64,000 bases of DNA. Origin: an uncultured candidate division Zixibacteria bacterium (GTDB taxonomy: Bacteria; Zixibacteria; MSB-5A5; UBA10806; 4484-95). The DNA lies in contig CAXXKA010000001.1 in NCBI GenBank assembly GCA_963668625.2, positions 32,001 through 96,000 of the forward strand. The letters are read 5' to 3'. Each line of letters begins with the position of its first letter. Position 1 is the stretch's first letter. Below are positions 29,080-37,985 of the stretch, in pieces. A program made the position numbers and the translations under genes. The notes beneath the pieces were generated by a model. That model was not told the origin of the DNA, made no database searches, and saw only the letters and a list, made by a program, of their open reading frames with translations.

Positions 29080-29228
29080 TAATTTAAATGGATTTAACAG
29101 GTTTGTAGTAGTAGATTATTTTGAATGTTATACATTTTCTTTTAAATATTTCTTATCTATAATATTTTATAAAGAAATCTTGTAGAAGTACGTGAAGAAT
29201 ATAAGGATTGAATATTTAGAATAAATTG

Positions 29229-29621
29229 CTATGGTTCAAAAACTTGAAATTTATCAGTATTGTTTTCGGAATAATCTTTACCTATTTTTTCAGAAATAAT
29301 CTCCCAACCTACTTTGCCATATTTCAATTTACCACGTAATACTGTTGATATAAAGATTCCAACTATTGTTTTGTTTTGAACATCTACTGCATATATTAGT
29401 CTATACCCCTCATTTCCACCTATATATATTTTGAAAATCATACCAGGAAAAAATTCATTATTATCTATTTTTATTCTCCCACCAGCATTAAGAGGATCAG
29501 CTAAGCATTTCTCGATTTGTTTTAGAAAAGATTTATTATGCTTACTACCAGCAATAGTTTTAAATGATTCATAATTTTCTATAAAACTGTCATGGGCTAA
29601 GAATTTGTAGGAATCAGCCAA
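29229..29621 (-). CDS. Probable RelE/ParE-like toxin
   Basis: CLADPLNAG...YRLIYAVD..KTIV pattern; overlaps the upstream gene. Confidence 0.5.
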   Translation of the reverse strand: MADSYKFLAHDSFIENYESFKTIAGSKHNKSFLKQIEKCLADPLNAGGRIKIDNNEFFPGMIFKIYIGGNEGYRLIYAVDVQNKTIVGIFISTVLRGKLKYGKVGWEIISEKIGKDYSENNTDKFQVFEP

Positions 29622-30237
29622 TCTTATAAGTCCGTTTTACTTTTGATACATCGAACTTTGTTTTATGAATTATATTGCAGATCAATCCCATAGCTGACAT
29701 AAAATTAGGATTCAGTATCAAGTCTAAATTTTCGCATTCATTATCATCAAGATCAGGTATTTCTAACATTTCGGGGACATTCTCATCAAAGAATACAGTT
29801 TCCCCTTTAATTGCTCCAAGTTCTTCGATTTCTTTGTATGCAATTTTGATTATCTCATCTAATCCAAGATATCCGATTTCATCAATAGCTTTTTCAGTAT
29901 TTGCTATTAATGAAGCAAATTGAACATTATCTATAATATTCTGAAAATCGTCAATCTTAATAAATTGCGAAATTTCATAATGATTACCAGTCCCGCAATC
30001 TAATGGAACTGCTTTTAAATACCCCATTGATAATAATTGCTCAAGAATAAAGAATAGATCAAAACTGAATTGACCGTGATTATAGTATTGGAATTTAAAA
30101 GGTTTAATATCTGAATTTTTCAATGCTTCGTACATCGATTTTTGAAGCCTGGTACTTCCGTATACCCCATCTTTAAATTTGCTTATAAAATATAGGGTGT
30201 ATAACCTTTTAAATGTTTCTTTTTCTATCTTACCCAT
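29614..30237 (-). CDS. Probable Panacea/SocA (DUF4065)-like antitoxin
   Basis: GSTRLQKSMY...FQYYNHGQFSFDL motif. Confidence 0.55.
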   Translation of the reverse strand: MGKIEKETFKRLYTLYFISKFKDGVYGSTRLQKSMYEALKNSDIKPFKFQYYNHGQFSFDLFFILEQLLSMGYLKAVPLDCGTGNHYEISQFIKIDDFQNIIDNVQFASLIANTEKAIDEIGYLGLDEIIKIAYKEIEELGAIKGETVFFDENVPEMLEIPDLDDNECENLDLILNPNFMSAMGLICNIIHKTKFDVSKVKRTYKIG

Positions 30238-30478
30238 TTTGCTACCTACCTTTGCTATTATATCATATCGGTAAAATTTAGCAAGTTATTTCGATATTTA
30301 TTACTGCACACATGCACAGTATATAACGTATAGTTTATCGGCTTTGTTTCTATTAACTATTCTGCCTTTCTCAAATCGATTCAATAAAAGTGTAATTTTG
30401 ATGTCAGCTGGCGTTACGAACAAGTTTTGGTATATAGAAAATATTGTAAATCTATTAGAAAAACTTGAATAAATAATA

Positions 30479-30506
30479 TTGACATCCCTCAACAATATGT
30501 TAACTT
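30479..30506 (+). promoter_or_regulatory. Putative sigma70 promoter for the structured RNA / small ORF
   Basis: TTGACA-N16-TAACTT with extended-10 TG. Confidence 0.45.
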
Positions 30507-30547
30507 ATTAATGTCGTTTTGGACAATTCGCAGGAATATAGTCATAT

Positions 30548-30856
30548 AGGAGGTTGGATGGCGTAAGCGTGTAGCCCCTTTTAGGCCTTGTTTCTCTTTC
30601 AGTTTAGGTTACCGGGGCTCTCTCCTTGAGGAGCTTTATGGCTCTTCAAGGGAGAAGCCCGACTGCTAACTTAAACCTGAAAGGAGGTGAGGCTTATGAG
30701 TAAGGTTAACGAGAAGCCCGAAAAAGGCATGATCGAGATATTCTGTCGTTACATCACACGTAATGGCAAAAGGATATACCCGAAAAATGCCAAACTCTTT
30801 CACTTCTTCGTAAAAGAGAAGAAGTAGTGAGATAGGGCAGACGCCTCCACCTCCTT
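30548..30856 (+). ncRNA. Candidate structured RNA (long SD-sequestering hairpin plus 5'-3' closing helix)
   Basis: Imperfect inverted repeat 30582-30696 with many G:U pairs on the + strand; AGGAGGTTGGATGGCGT (30548) pairs with ACGCCTCCACCTCCT (30841). Confidence 0.55.
30696..30827 (+). CDS. Unannotated 43-aa basic protein MSKVNEKPEKGMIEIFCRYITRNGKRIYPKNAKLFHFFVKEKK
   Basis: Near-perfect SD AAGGAGGTGA, ATG at 30696, tandem stops TAG TGA; below the 60-aa track cut-off. Confidence 0.65.
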   Translation: MSKVNEKPEKGMIEIFCRYITRNGKRIYPKNAKLFHFFVKEKK

Positions 30857-30911
30857 AGAATCGCAATAATTTTCAGTTTTCAAAAAACCAACCAAGAAAG
30901 GTGGTATCCTA

Positions 30912-31214
30912 ATGAGTAACGAAAAACTACAATTTAACGAACTATCAATAATGCTTTTGCCAGACAAACATGGTATCTACTTCCTTTTTGATAGGGAAGA
31001 GATTATCTATATTGGTCGAGCACATGGAACCGGTGTTTCTATTCCATCTCGCTTAACCGATCACTTAAAGGGCAAAGATGGGGATTGTACTAAAAACGCT
31101 TCGCATTTTGCATATGAAGTATGCTCCGACCCAGTAAATAAAGAAAAAGAATTGTTAGCTACGTTTAAATTACAAACCGGTGAATTACCTCGCTGTAATG
31201 AACGAATAGGCTGA
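30912..31214 (+). CDS. Small GIY-YIG nuclease-family protein
   Basis: GIYFLF...IYIGRA, RL.DH, EKELL, LPRCN. Confidence 0.8.
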   Translation: MSNEKLQFNELSIMLLPDKHGIYFLFDREEIIYIGRAHGTGVSIPSRLTDHLKGKDGDCTKNASHFAYEVCSDPVNKEKELLATFKLQTGELPRCNERIG

Positions 31215-31217
31215 GTT

Positions 31218-31433
31218 TCAACCACTTTTCGGCCTCCCACAAAATCCTATAAAACTTGTCCCTGCTCCGGCTTCCTTACCTGTGCTATCAAAAATGAAAT
31301 CCCTGTTTTTATTAGGAATATCACCATATATTCTAAACCGCATTCGATTATCTGAATCTATATAGAATTCAAATACCAGTTCGGAAACCGGGTCGTCAAT
31401 AATTTGCGGTTGTATAGACCATTTTTTAGCCAA
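31218..31433 (-). CDS. Hypothetical protein
   Basis: 71-aa ORF, TTG start after GAGGAAGGA. Confidence 0.45.
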   Translation of the reverse strand: MAKKWSIQPQIIDDPVSELVFEFYIDSDNRMRFRIYGDIPNKNRDFIFDSTGKEAGAGTSFIGFCGRPKSG

Positions 31434-31515
31434 AATTAAAATCCTTCCTCAAACTGACCCATACCGAAATTTCTAATACATTTTCTTTTTATAGATTGCA
31501 TTGTATTCTTAACGG

Positions 31516-31932
31516 TTACCTTCCAAACATCATTTCGTATAACCCCCAAGCTCTTCTACTATTCCCACCAGTAAACTGCTTAAACCATCTATGGGTACTC
31601 CCATTATGCTCTTTCTGTGATCTGTAAGTAAGATTGTAGCATTTCCTGCAGGCGAATTTAGTATCACCAGGGCGATTCCATAATTTTGCATATTTCTTTC
31701 GGCAGTAGGGACAAAGAAACCAGTGGCGATATCCGCCGAATTGTGTCATGGTTTTAACCATATGCACCCATTGATTTGGACAAGTTGGCCTGCCTGTATC
31801 ATCACAAAAACTGACATTAATTATTGGTGCTACCTTCGAATCCCAGATTATCTTTTTTATCTTGGGATCAAAGGTTGAAAGCTCATCACATTCTTCAACC
31901 ATCAACCGATCTGACCAAGGTTCTCTACCCAT
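31516..31932 (-). CDS. Zn-ribbon hypothetical protein typical of integrative elements
   Basis: FGGYRHWFLCPYC..KL..FACRKCYNLTYRSQ. Confidence 0.7.
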   Translation of the reverse strand: MGREPWSDRLMVEECDELSTFDPKIKKIIWDSKVAPIINVSFCDDTGRPTCPNQWVHMVKTMTQFGGYRHWFLCPYCRKKYAKLWNRPGDTKFACRKCYNLTYRSQKEHNGSTHRWFKQFTGGNSRRAWGLYEMMFGR

Positions 31933-32268
31933 TCAAACCCCCTGAGTTTTTCCGAAATCATGTAAAAAAATTCAAGTCCAATCAGGATTAAAAATCTATG
32001 CCGAGATTGTTGTAACTTGTTGTATTGATTAGTATTACCCATATTAATAATCCTTAGTTTAATCCTACAATAAACTTCACCTCATGCAGCCTCATTTTCG
32101 AAGATACAGTTGCGGAATGCGTCCACTAAGGCCAGCTTTTTATTGTCCTTTATTTACATGCTTTATAGTAACTATCCATAAATAAGCGCATACTCAATCG
32201 ATGATTGAATAAACACGGATTTTTCTATAGACTTATGTTCAGCAACTAAAAGGTTAAAACTGCTTTAA

Positions 32269-32946
32269 TTAATTGTTATCGAAAATCACTCGCCAGGCTA
32301 ATGCCGCTATTATTCCGCCGATGACTGGCGCGACTATAAACAGCCATAGTTGCGACAGGGCATCTCCTCCCACAAAGATAGCCGGCCCAAGGCTTCGTGC
32401 AGGATTAACCGAGGTGCCTGTAATCGGAATACCTACAATATGAATCAGGGCCAGTGCGAAACCAATTGAGATGCCAGCAAAGCCTTTGGGCGCTTTTTCA
32501 TGAGTAGAACCGAGTATTACGAACAGGAATAAGGCGGTCAACACGATTTCAGCTATTAAACAGGCCAATAGCGAGTAACTGTCGGGGGAATGAGACCCGT
32601 AACCATTTTGCCCCAGTCCATTAACGGCAATACTGTAACCGGCCTTCCCTGATGCTATAGCCAGCAGTACGGCAGCCGCTATGATCGCGCCGATACTTTG
32701 TGAAACTATATAAGCTATCGAGTCTTTAGCGCTTATTTTGCCGGCCGTCAACATACCGATCGTGACCGCCGGATTGACATGGCAGCCTGATATCGGACCT
32801 ATCGTGTAAACCATAGCCAGAAGCACTAAGCCGAAAGCAAACGCGATACCGAGGAAACCTATGTGTGACCCGGCGATAACCGCGCTTCCACAGCCGAAAA
32901 AGACCAAGGCAAATGTACCAATCAGCTCGGCAAGATACTTTTTCAT
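32269..32946 (-). CDS. aqpZ: Aquaporin Z
   Basis: Two NPA motifs (HVNPAVT, SVNPARS), AELIGTF; start 32946 from SD spacing. Confidence 0.93.
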   Translation of the reverse strand: MKKYLAELIGTFALVFFGCGSAVIAGSHIGFLGIAFAFGLVLLAMVYTIGPISGCHVNPAVTIGMLTAGKISAKDSIAYIVSQSIGAIIAAAVLLAIASGKAGYSIAVNGLGQNGYGSHSPDSYSLLACLIAEIVLTALFLFVILGSTHEKAPKGFAGISIGFALALIHIVGIPITGTSVNPARSLGPAIFVGGDALSQLWLFIVAPVIGGIIAALAWRVIFDNN

Positions 32947-33113
32947 TTTCATCCTCCCTGTGAATAAAATTATTTTAATCGATAGCAAGTTGTCAGTCTG
33001 TTGAAAATAAATTAATCGATACAATGCAGGTTTATATCATTTTTAGATAATAGAATCAATAAATATCGTAATAAATCTTGTATATTCAAACGGCCGACAA
33101 AGCTAAGGCCGCT

Positions 33114-34283
33114 TTATCCGAAATAAGCCTCCATACGATCAAATGCTTTATTTACCTCAGATTCGGGGACACAGAATGATAATCTCAAATGTCCCTGGCC
33201 GGTTGGCCCAAAAGCTACGCCCGGTGTTGTTGATACTTTACCCTCCTTAAGCAGCTTGACACAAAAAGCGGTGGAGTCCTGTCCCTCATCAAGCAGGATT
33301 TTAGGAAACATCAGATAAGAACCGCCGGGTTTGTGATAGCTGAACACGGAACTCAGTTTATCTAATCTTTCACACATGAGATTACGGGCGCCAAGGTATT
33401 TTAACCGGTATTTCTCTATACAATCCTGCGGGCCTTGCAGCGCTCCCAGCGCGGCATATTGCGAGGCAACCGGGGCACAAATAGCGAAGGGGATATGGGC
33501 TTTAGTGATCTGTGGTATTAAATCATTCGCAGCGTGCAAATAGCCGATACGCCAGCCGGTCATGGCGTATGTCTTGGTAAAAGTGTAGCAACTGATTATG
33601 TTTTGTCTGACCTCGGGTATTGAGGCGATACTGAAATGTACATTATCATCAAAAGTGAAATACTCATACGCCTCATCGGTTATAATTATCAAATTGTTCT
33701 CCAGGGCGACTTCAGCTACCTGGCGAAGTTCTTTTTCGCTGAATACTGTCCCGGTAGGATTGCTGGGAGAACAGTAGAGTATCGCTTTGGTTTTCGAGGT
33801 GATCGCCTTCTTGATAGCCTCGATATCAAGCTTGAATCCCTCGGCTTCGTTAGTCGGCACAAGTACCGGTTTGCCGGAGGCGATAGTAACCATGCGAATA
33901 TGAGTTGAATACGTTGGCGTGGGTAGGATGACCTCATCGCCGGGATCAACAACGGCCATGACTGCCGCGGATAACCCCTCGATAGCCCCTACGGTAACTA
34001 TAATCTGAGATGGGTTTGCCTCAATATTATTAACGCTTTTGAGTTTTTTACAAATCTCCTCCCGTAGCTGTAGAATACCGGAATTTTCCGAGTATCCGCC
34101 AGTCAGGCCGGCTTCAATAGCTTTGATGGCGGCTGTCTTGATATGTTCGGGCGTATCAGAGGTAGGTTTAGCCCATGATAAAAAGGCAACATCGCCAACC
34201 TCTTTGGATAATCTGGTCATTTCATGTATCGCGGATTTGCCTATATTCGATACTCTTTTTGAAATCCTCGTATCCTCAGTCAT
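33114..34283 (-). CDS. Class I/II PLP-dependent aminotransferase
   Basis: PSNPTG, DEAY, TFTKTYAMTGWRIG. Confidence 0.9.
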   Translation of the reverse strand: MTEDTRISKRVSNIGKSAIHEMTRLSKEVGDVAFLSWAKPTSDTPEHIKTAAIKAIEAGLTGGYSENSGILQLREEICKKLKSVNNIEANPSQIIVTVGAIEGLSAAVMAVVDPGDEVILPTPTYSTHIRMVTIASGKPVLVPTNEAEGFKLDIEAIKKAITSKTKAILYCSPSNPTGTVFSEKELRQVAEVALENNLIIITDEAYEYFTFDDNVHFSIASIPEVRQNIISCYTFTKTYAMTGWRIGYLHAANDLIPQITKAHIPFAICAPVASQYAALGALQGPQDCIEKYRLKYLGARNLMCERLDKLSSVFSYHKPGGSYLMFPKILLDEGQDSTAFCVKLLKEGKVSTTPGVAFGPTGQGHLRLSFCVPESEVNKAFDRMEAYFG

Positions 34284-34351
34284 ATCATTATCCCTTCATC
34301 TGATAATTATACTGATAGTAACTTAACTCGATGCTAAGTGGTAATCATATG

Positions 34352-36259
34352 CTAAATGCTTAAAGCTACATCGAAACCCTGCTTGACCGCATCGTATATC
34401 TGTCCGGGCTTACCGGCATCACCGATTACTTTTATATCCAGGGAAAGCTTTTCCAGAGGCTCTTTCAAATCACTGATTGATTTGGTGCCGACGGCTACGA
34501 TTACGTTATCAAACTCGCCAAGGCTTTGCTCCTGATTGTCTGTTTCAACAAAAGCTTCTTTATTCTCGAAACGTGTCACCTTAGTACCGGTCAATATCCT
34601 GACTTTCGATTCTTTAAGATGCTTGATTGTCAGCTTTCTGGTAATCGCTTCCATATCCCGGGCGATATCATCCAGAAGCTCAACCACTGTCACATCTACT
34701 TTTTTATTCAGCAGGTACTCCGCGCACTCGAGGCCGACCATGCCGCCGCCTATTATCAACACTTTGTTGCCGGTTTTTGCTTTATCAGTAAGTATGTCCT
34801 CGCCGGTGAGGGCGTTTTCCAAACCCGGTATGGGCGGGATGATAGGTACCGCGCCTGTAGCGATTATCACGGTGTCGGGATTCTCGGCTTTGATTTTATC
34901 AACTGTGGCCTCCTGCCCGAACTTGAAATCTACCTGATAAGTCTGAGCTTTGCGCAGGAATGTTTTGAGCGGTCGTTCCATCATCTGCTTGCCCGGGGGG
35001 AGGTATGATAGATTGAACTGCCCGCCCGGCTCGTGTTTCTCGTAAAGCACCACCTCGTGACCGCGTTCAGTCGCTGTTATCGCCGCCTGCAGACCGGCCG
35101 GACCTCCGCCGACTATCACTACTTTCTTGCGGGCAGGTTTCTCTGATGGTACCTCCGATTCTCTTCCCACCTCCGGGTTAACGATACATCCTAAGCCAAC
35201 ATCTTCTTTTACCTTGGCCATGCAACCCTGCAAACATGCCCCGCATTGCACCACATCGCTATCACGATTTTCTCGCATCTTTTTCGGCAGGTCAGGGTCG
35301 GCCAGGAGGGATCTGCCCAGGCCGATAGCATCGACTAAATTATCACCCAGAGCTTTTCGGATATCATCCGGGTTGCCCATACGCCCGGCGACAATAACCG
35401 GCATATCAATTAACTGCTTTATCTTTGATGCCCATTCAAGATTCTTTCCGGCCGGCAGCCGCATATGCTGGAAGTACCACGGTGGAGAGTCGCAGTTGGA
35501 ACCGCTGACAACATGCAGGGCAACGATTCCATTCGATTTTAAAAAGTTGCCCAGCTCTATCGCGTCCTCGAACCCCAGGCCGTTCTCGGTTTGCTCCGTG
35601 GCCGATATCCTCGCGATGATGGGGTAGTCCTTGCCCACAGTTTGACAGACGTTATCCAATACCTTTTTGGCGAAACGATACCTGTTCTCTTTACTGCCGC
35701 CGTAATCATCCGTTCTCTTGTTCGTATTAGGTGAGATAAACTGAGCGATCAGATAACCTAAACCGAATTGAATTTCGACCGCGTCAAACCCGGCCTCAAC
35801 GGCTCTTCTACATGCCTGAGCGTATGACTTTGTCAGTTCCTTGATTCTTTCGGTTGTCATTTCCTCGGCGGTAACTCCGGTACGCGCGCACATGATCGCG
35901 GAGGGTGCCTCCGGTTTACGGCCTGACGCTTTCGGATTGGCCGCCCGTCCGGCATGGTTTATATGAGCTATAGCCGCCGCGCCGCCGTCATGAATAGCAT
36001 TAACCAGCCGTTTGAGACCGCTGATTTGATTATCAGAGAAAATACCTATTTGTTTAGGATGTTCTTTACCACGAGCATCGATAAACAATGGCTCAGGGAT
36101 TATCGCGCCTGCTCCTCCTTCTGCTCGTCTGCGGTAGAAAGCCTCGTGGCGAGGCGTTATCTCGGCGGTTGGAACGCCATACCCGGTTTTCACGGGCGCC
36201 ATTATTATTCTATTGGCAAGCTCGAGGGAGCCAAGCTGAAATTTTTCGAATGGATTCAT
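34352..36259 (-). CDS. NADH:flavin oxidoreductase (OYE / 2,4-dienoyl-CoA reductase-like, Fe-S)
   Basis: TIM barrel (NKRTDDYGGS), CGACLQGC..C cluster, two Rossmann motifs. Confidence 0.9.
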   Translation of the reverse strand: MNPFEKFQLGSLELANRIIMAPVKTGYGVPTAEITPRHEAFYRRRAEGGAGAIIPEPLFIDARGKEHPKQIGIFSDNQISGLKRLVNAIHDGGAAAIAHINHAGRAANPKASGRKPEAPSAIMCARTGVTAEEMTTERIKELTKSYAQACRRAVEAGFDAVEIQFGLGYLIAQFISPNTNKRTDDYGGSKENRYRFAKKVLDNVCQTVGKDYPIIARISATEQTENGLGFEDAIELGNFLKSNGIVALHVVSGSNCDSPPWYFQHMRLPAGKNLEWASKIKQLIDMPVIVAGRMGNPDDIRKALGDNLVDAIGLGRSLLADPDLPKKMRENRDSDVVQCGACLQGCMAKVKEDVGLGCIVNPEVGRESEVPSEKPARKKVVIVGGGPAGLQAAITATERGHEVVLYEKHEPGGQFNLSYLPPGKQMMERPLKTFLRKAQTYQVDFKFGQEATVDKIKAENPDTVIIATGAVPIIPPIPGLENALTGEDILTDKAKTGNKVLIIGGGMVGLECAEYLLNKKVDVTVVELLDDIARDMEAITRKLTIKHLKESKVRILTGTKVTRFENKEAFVETDNQEQSLGEFDNVIVAVGTKSISDLKEPLEKLSLDIKVIGDAGKPGQIYDAVKQGFDVALSI

Positions 36260-36370
36260 GCTAACCTCTTTGTATTTTTAACCGTTTATTCTTCACATTC
36301 TAATATTTTTTATATTTTTAAACGATCTAAATCCTGAAAGAGTTTTTATGGTCTTTTCAAACATTATTAA

Positions 36371-36901
36371 TTACAAACCTAAAGAGTTTATTATCGCCGA
36401 GGCAAATTCGGTTGAGGCCTCCGGGCCGCACGCGGTAATTACGTTATCGGCTTTCTCCACTAGCCTGCCCGTGTATATCGCGCCTTTCTTGCGCAAGTAC
36501 GAGGCAGCCGATTCGTAAGCGGTCGCCTTTCGGTCTTTTAGCAACTCAGCGTTTGCCAGCGTGACCGGGGCCAGGCAAATTGCGCAAACCAGTTTGCCTG
36601 AATCGTACGCCTCTGCAAGTAGCTTGATTACACATTTGTTATGCCAGTGCTCGATCGCCCCGACTCCACCTATCAGGGTCACTGCATCATATTGCATTAT
36701 ATCGATTTCATCCAGGATACAATCCGGGGTAACGAGAGTGCCTTTAATGCCCCGGGCGATATCACTGTTGCAGGTTACATTTTCGGTAATAATATTGCTA
36801 TCATGCAGGCATTTGGTGACTGTCAGAAATTCCTCATCCTCGAATTTCTTCTTGGGAAGAATTATCAGGGCTTTTTTATATGTTTTCGTACTTTGTTCCA
36901 T
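36371..36901 (-). CDS. DJ-1/PfpI family protein
   Basis: FEDEEF, IGGVG, AICLAP nucleophile elbow, ITACGP. Confidence 0.88.
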   Translation of the reverse strand: MEQSTKTYKKALIILPKKKFEDEEFLTVTKCLHDSNIITENVTCNSDIARGIKGTLVTPDCILDEIDIMQYDAVTLIGGVGAIEHWHNKCVIKLLAEAYDSGKLVCAICLAPVTLANAELLKDRKATAYESAASYLRKKGAIYTGRLVEKADNVITACGPEASTEFASAIINSLGL

Positions 36902-36931
36902 TGTTCAATATTAAAACTGTCCTGCGTTCAC

Positions 36932-37056
36932 TGTTTCATGATGTCGCTCCGTTTTCATCCTTACATATACAATCGATAATAATATGCAACTAAGCGCCCG
37001 CTATACTTTCCGGATATAATGCCTCAGGATGGAAGATACGGCATCCTGAGGCACAC
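36932..37056. repeat. REP-like doublet, family B
   Basis: Homologous to 7138-7248; GCCTCAGGATG..CATCCTGAGGC hairpin. Confidence 0.7.
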
Positions 37057-37083
37057 CCACAATAAATTCAGTGACTGAATTTA

Positions 37084-37896
37084 TCAATTAAGCAAATTCT
37101 TGATATTCTCCGCGATATCGAATACAGCTTTCGATACTACCGATTCGGGTTCGTTCAAGATGATCGGACGGCTGTCATCAGCCATCTTTCTCGCCTCTAT
37201 ATCCAGCGGTATCGCGCCCAGGAATTTGGTTTTCATCTTTTCAGCCTGACGTTTCCCGCCGCCTGAGCCGAACAGCTCGACATTTTCGCCGCAATGAGGG
37301 CAGGTGAAGCCGGACATGTTTTCGACCACGCCGATATGCTTCAGTTTCAGCTCTTTAGCCATGTTTATCGATCTGGCGGAATCCAAAAGCGACATCTCCT
37401 GCGGCGTGGTTACCACGACCGCGAGTTCGGGCGCCATCTTATCCGAAAGCGTGATTATCTCATCACCGGTACCGGGAGGCAGATCCGCGATCAGGAAATC
37501 AAGCTCACCCCATTCGACATCACCGAGAAACTGGTTGAGAAGTTTCGAACGCATTGGGCCGCGCCACATTATTGGCAGCGCCACCGGCAGCATGTGAGCT
37601 ACCGAAATGATATTCAGGCCGTCGCGTTTATCGGGAATCAGGCGCTCATCTATAGCGTAAGGTTCACCCGATACTCCGGTCATTTTAGGCACGTTTGGGC
37701 CGGTTACGTCGGCATCCAGTATGCCTGTTTTATAGCCAAGCTTGCTTAAAGCATAGGCGATGTTTACACTGACGAAAGTTTTTCCAACGCCGCCTTTGCC
37801 GCTGAACACCACGATACGATGTTTGATCCGTTCCATATTTTCGGAGATCCGCTGATCCTGCTGCTGCAGCACCCGTCTTTGATCATCAGTTAGCAT
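37084..37896 (-). CDS. mrp: Mrp/NBP35 Fe-S carrier ATPase
   Basis: SGKGGVGKT, DLPPGTGD, VVENMS..CPHC. Confidence 0.9.
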   Translation of the reverse strand: MLTDDQRRVLQQQDQRISENMERIKHRIVVFSGKGGVGKTFVSVNIAYALSKLGYKTGILDADVTGPNVPKMTGVSGEPYAIDERLIPDKRDGLNIISVAHMLPVALPIMWRGPMRSKLLNQFLGDVEWGELDFLIADLPPGTGDEIITLSDKMAPELAVVVTTPQEMSLLDSARSINMAKELKLKHIGVVENMSGFTCPHCGENVELFGSGGGKRQAEKMKTKFLGAIPLDIEARKMADDSRPIILNEPESVVSKAVFDIAENIKNLLN

Positions 37897-37985
37897 ATAT
37901 TACTACCTCTCTTAACAAGAATCCGTATTCTTGTATCTTTACCATTTCTTAAAGCCATTGGCTCAATTGAAATCCCCGCTTTAGA

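Larger units (their letters stand above)
12563..32139. mobile_element. Integrative element / satellite-like genomic island (~19.6 kb) at the tRNA-Gln 3' end
   Basis: CCAGCTTT at 12563-12570 and 32132-32139; joining the ends restores a plausible integrase C-terminus; AT-rich; carries recombinase, primase, R-M and TA genes; no capsid or conjugation genes recognised. Confidence 0.85.

Noticed and set aside
30548-30856. Retron msr/msd interpretation of the structured RNA
   Set aside because: No reverse transcriptase in the island or window; kept only as an unclassified structured RNA.
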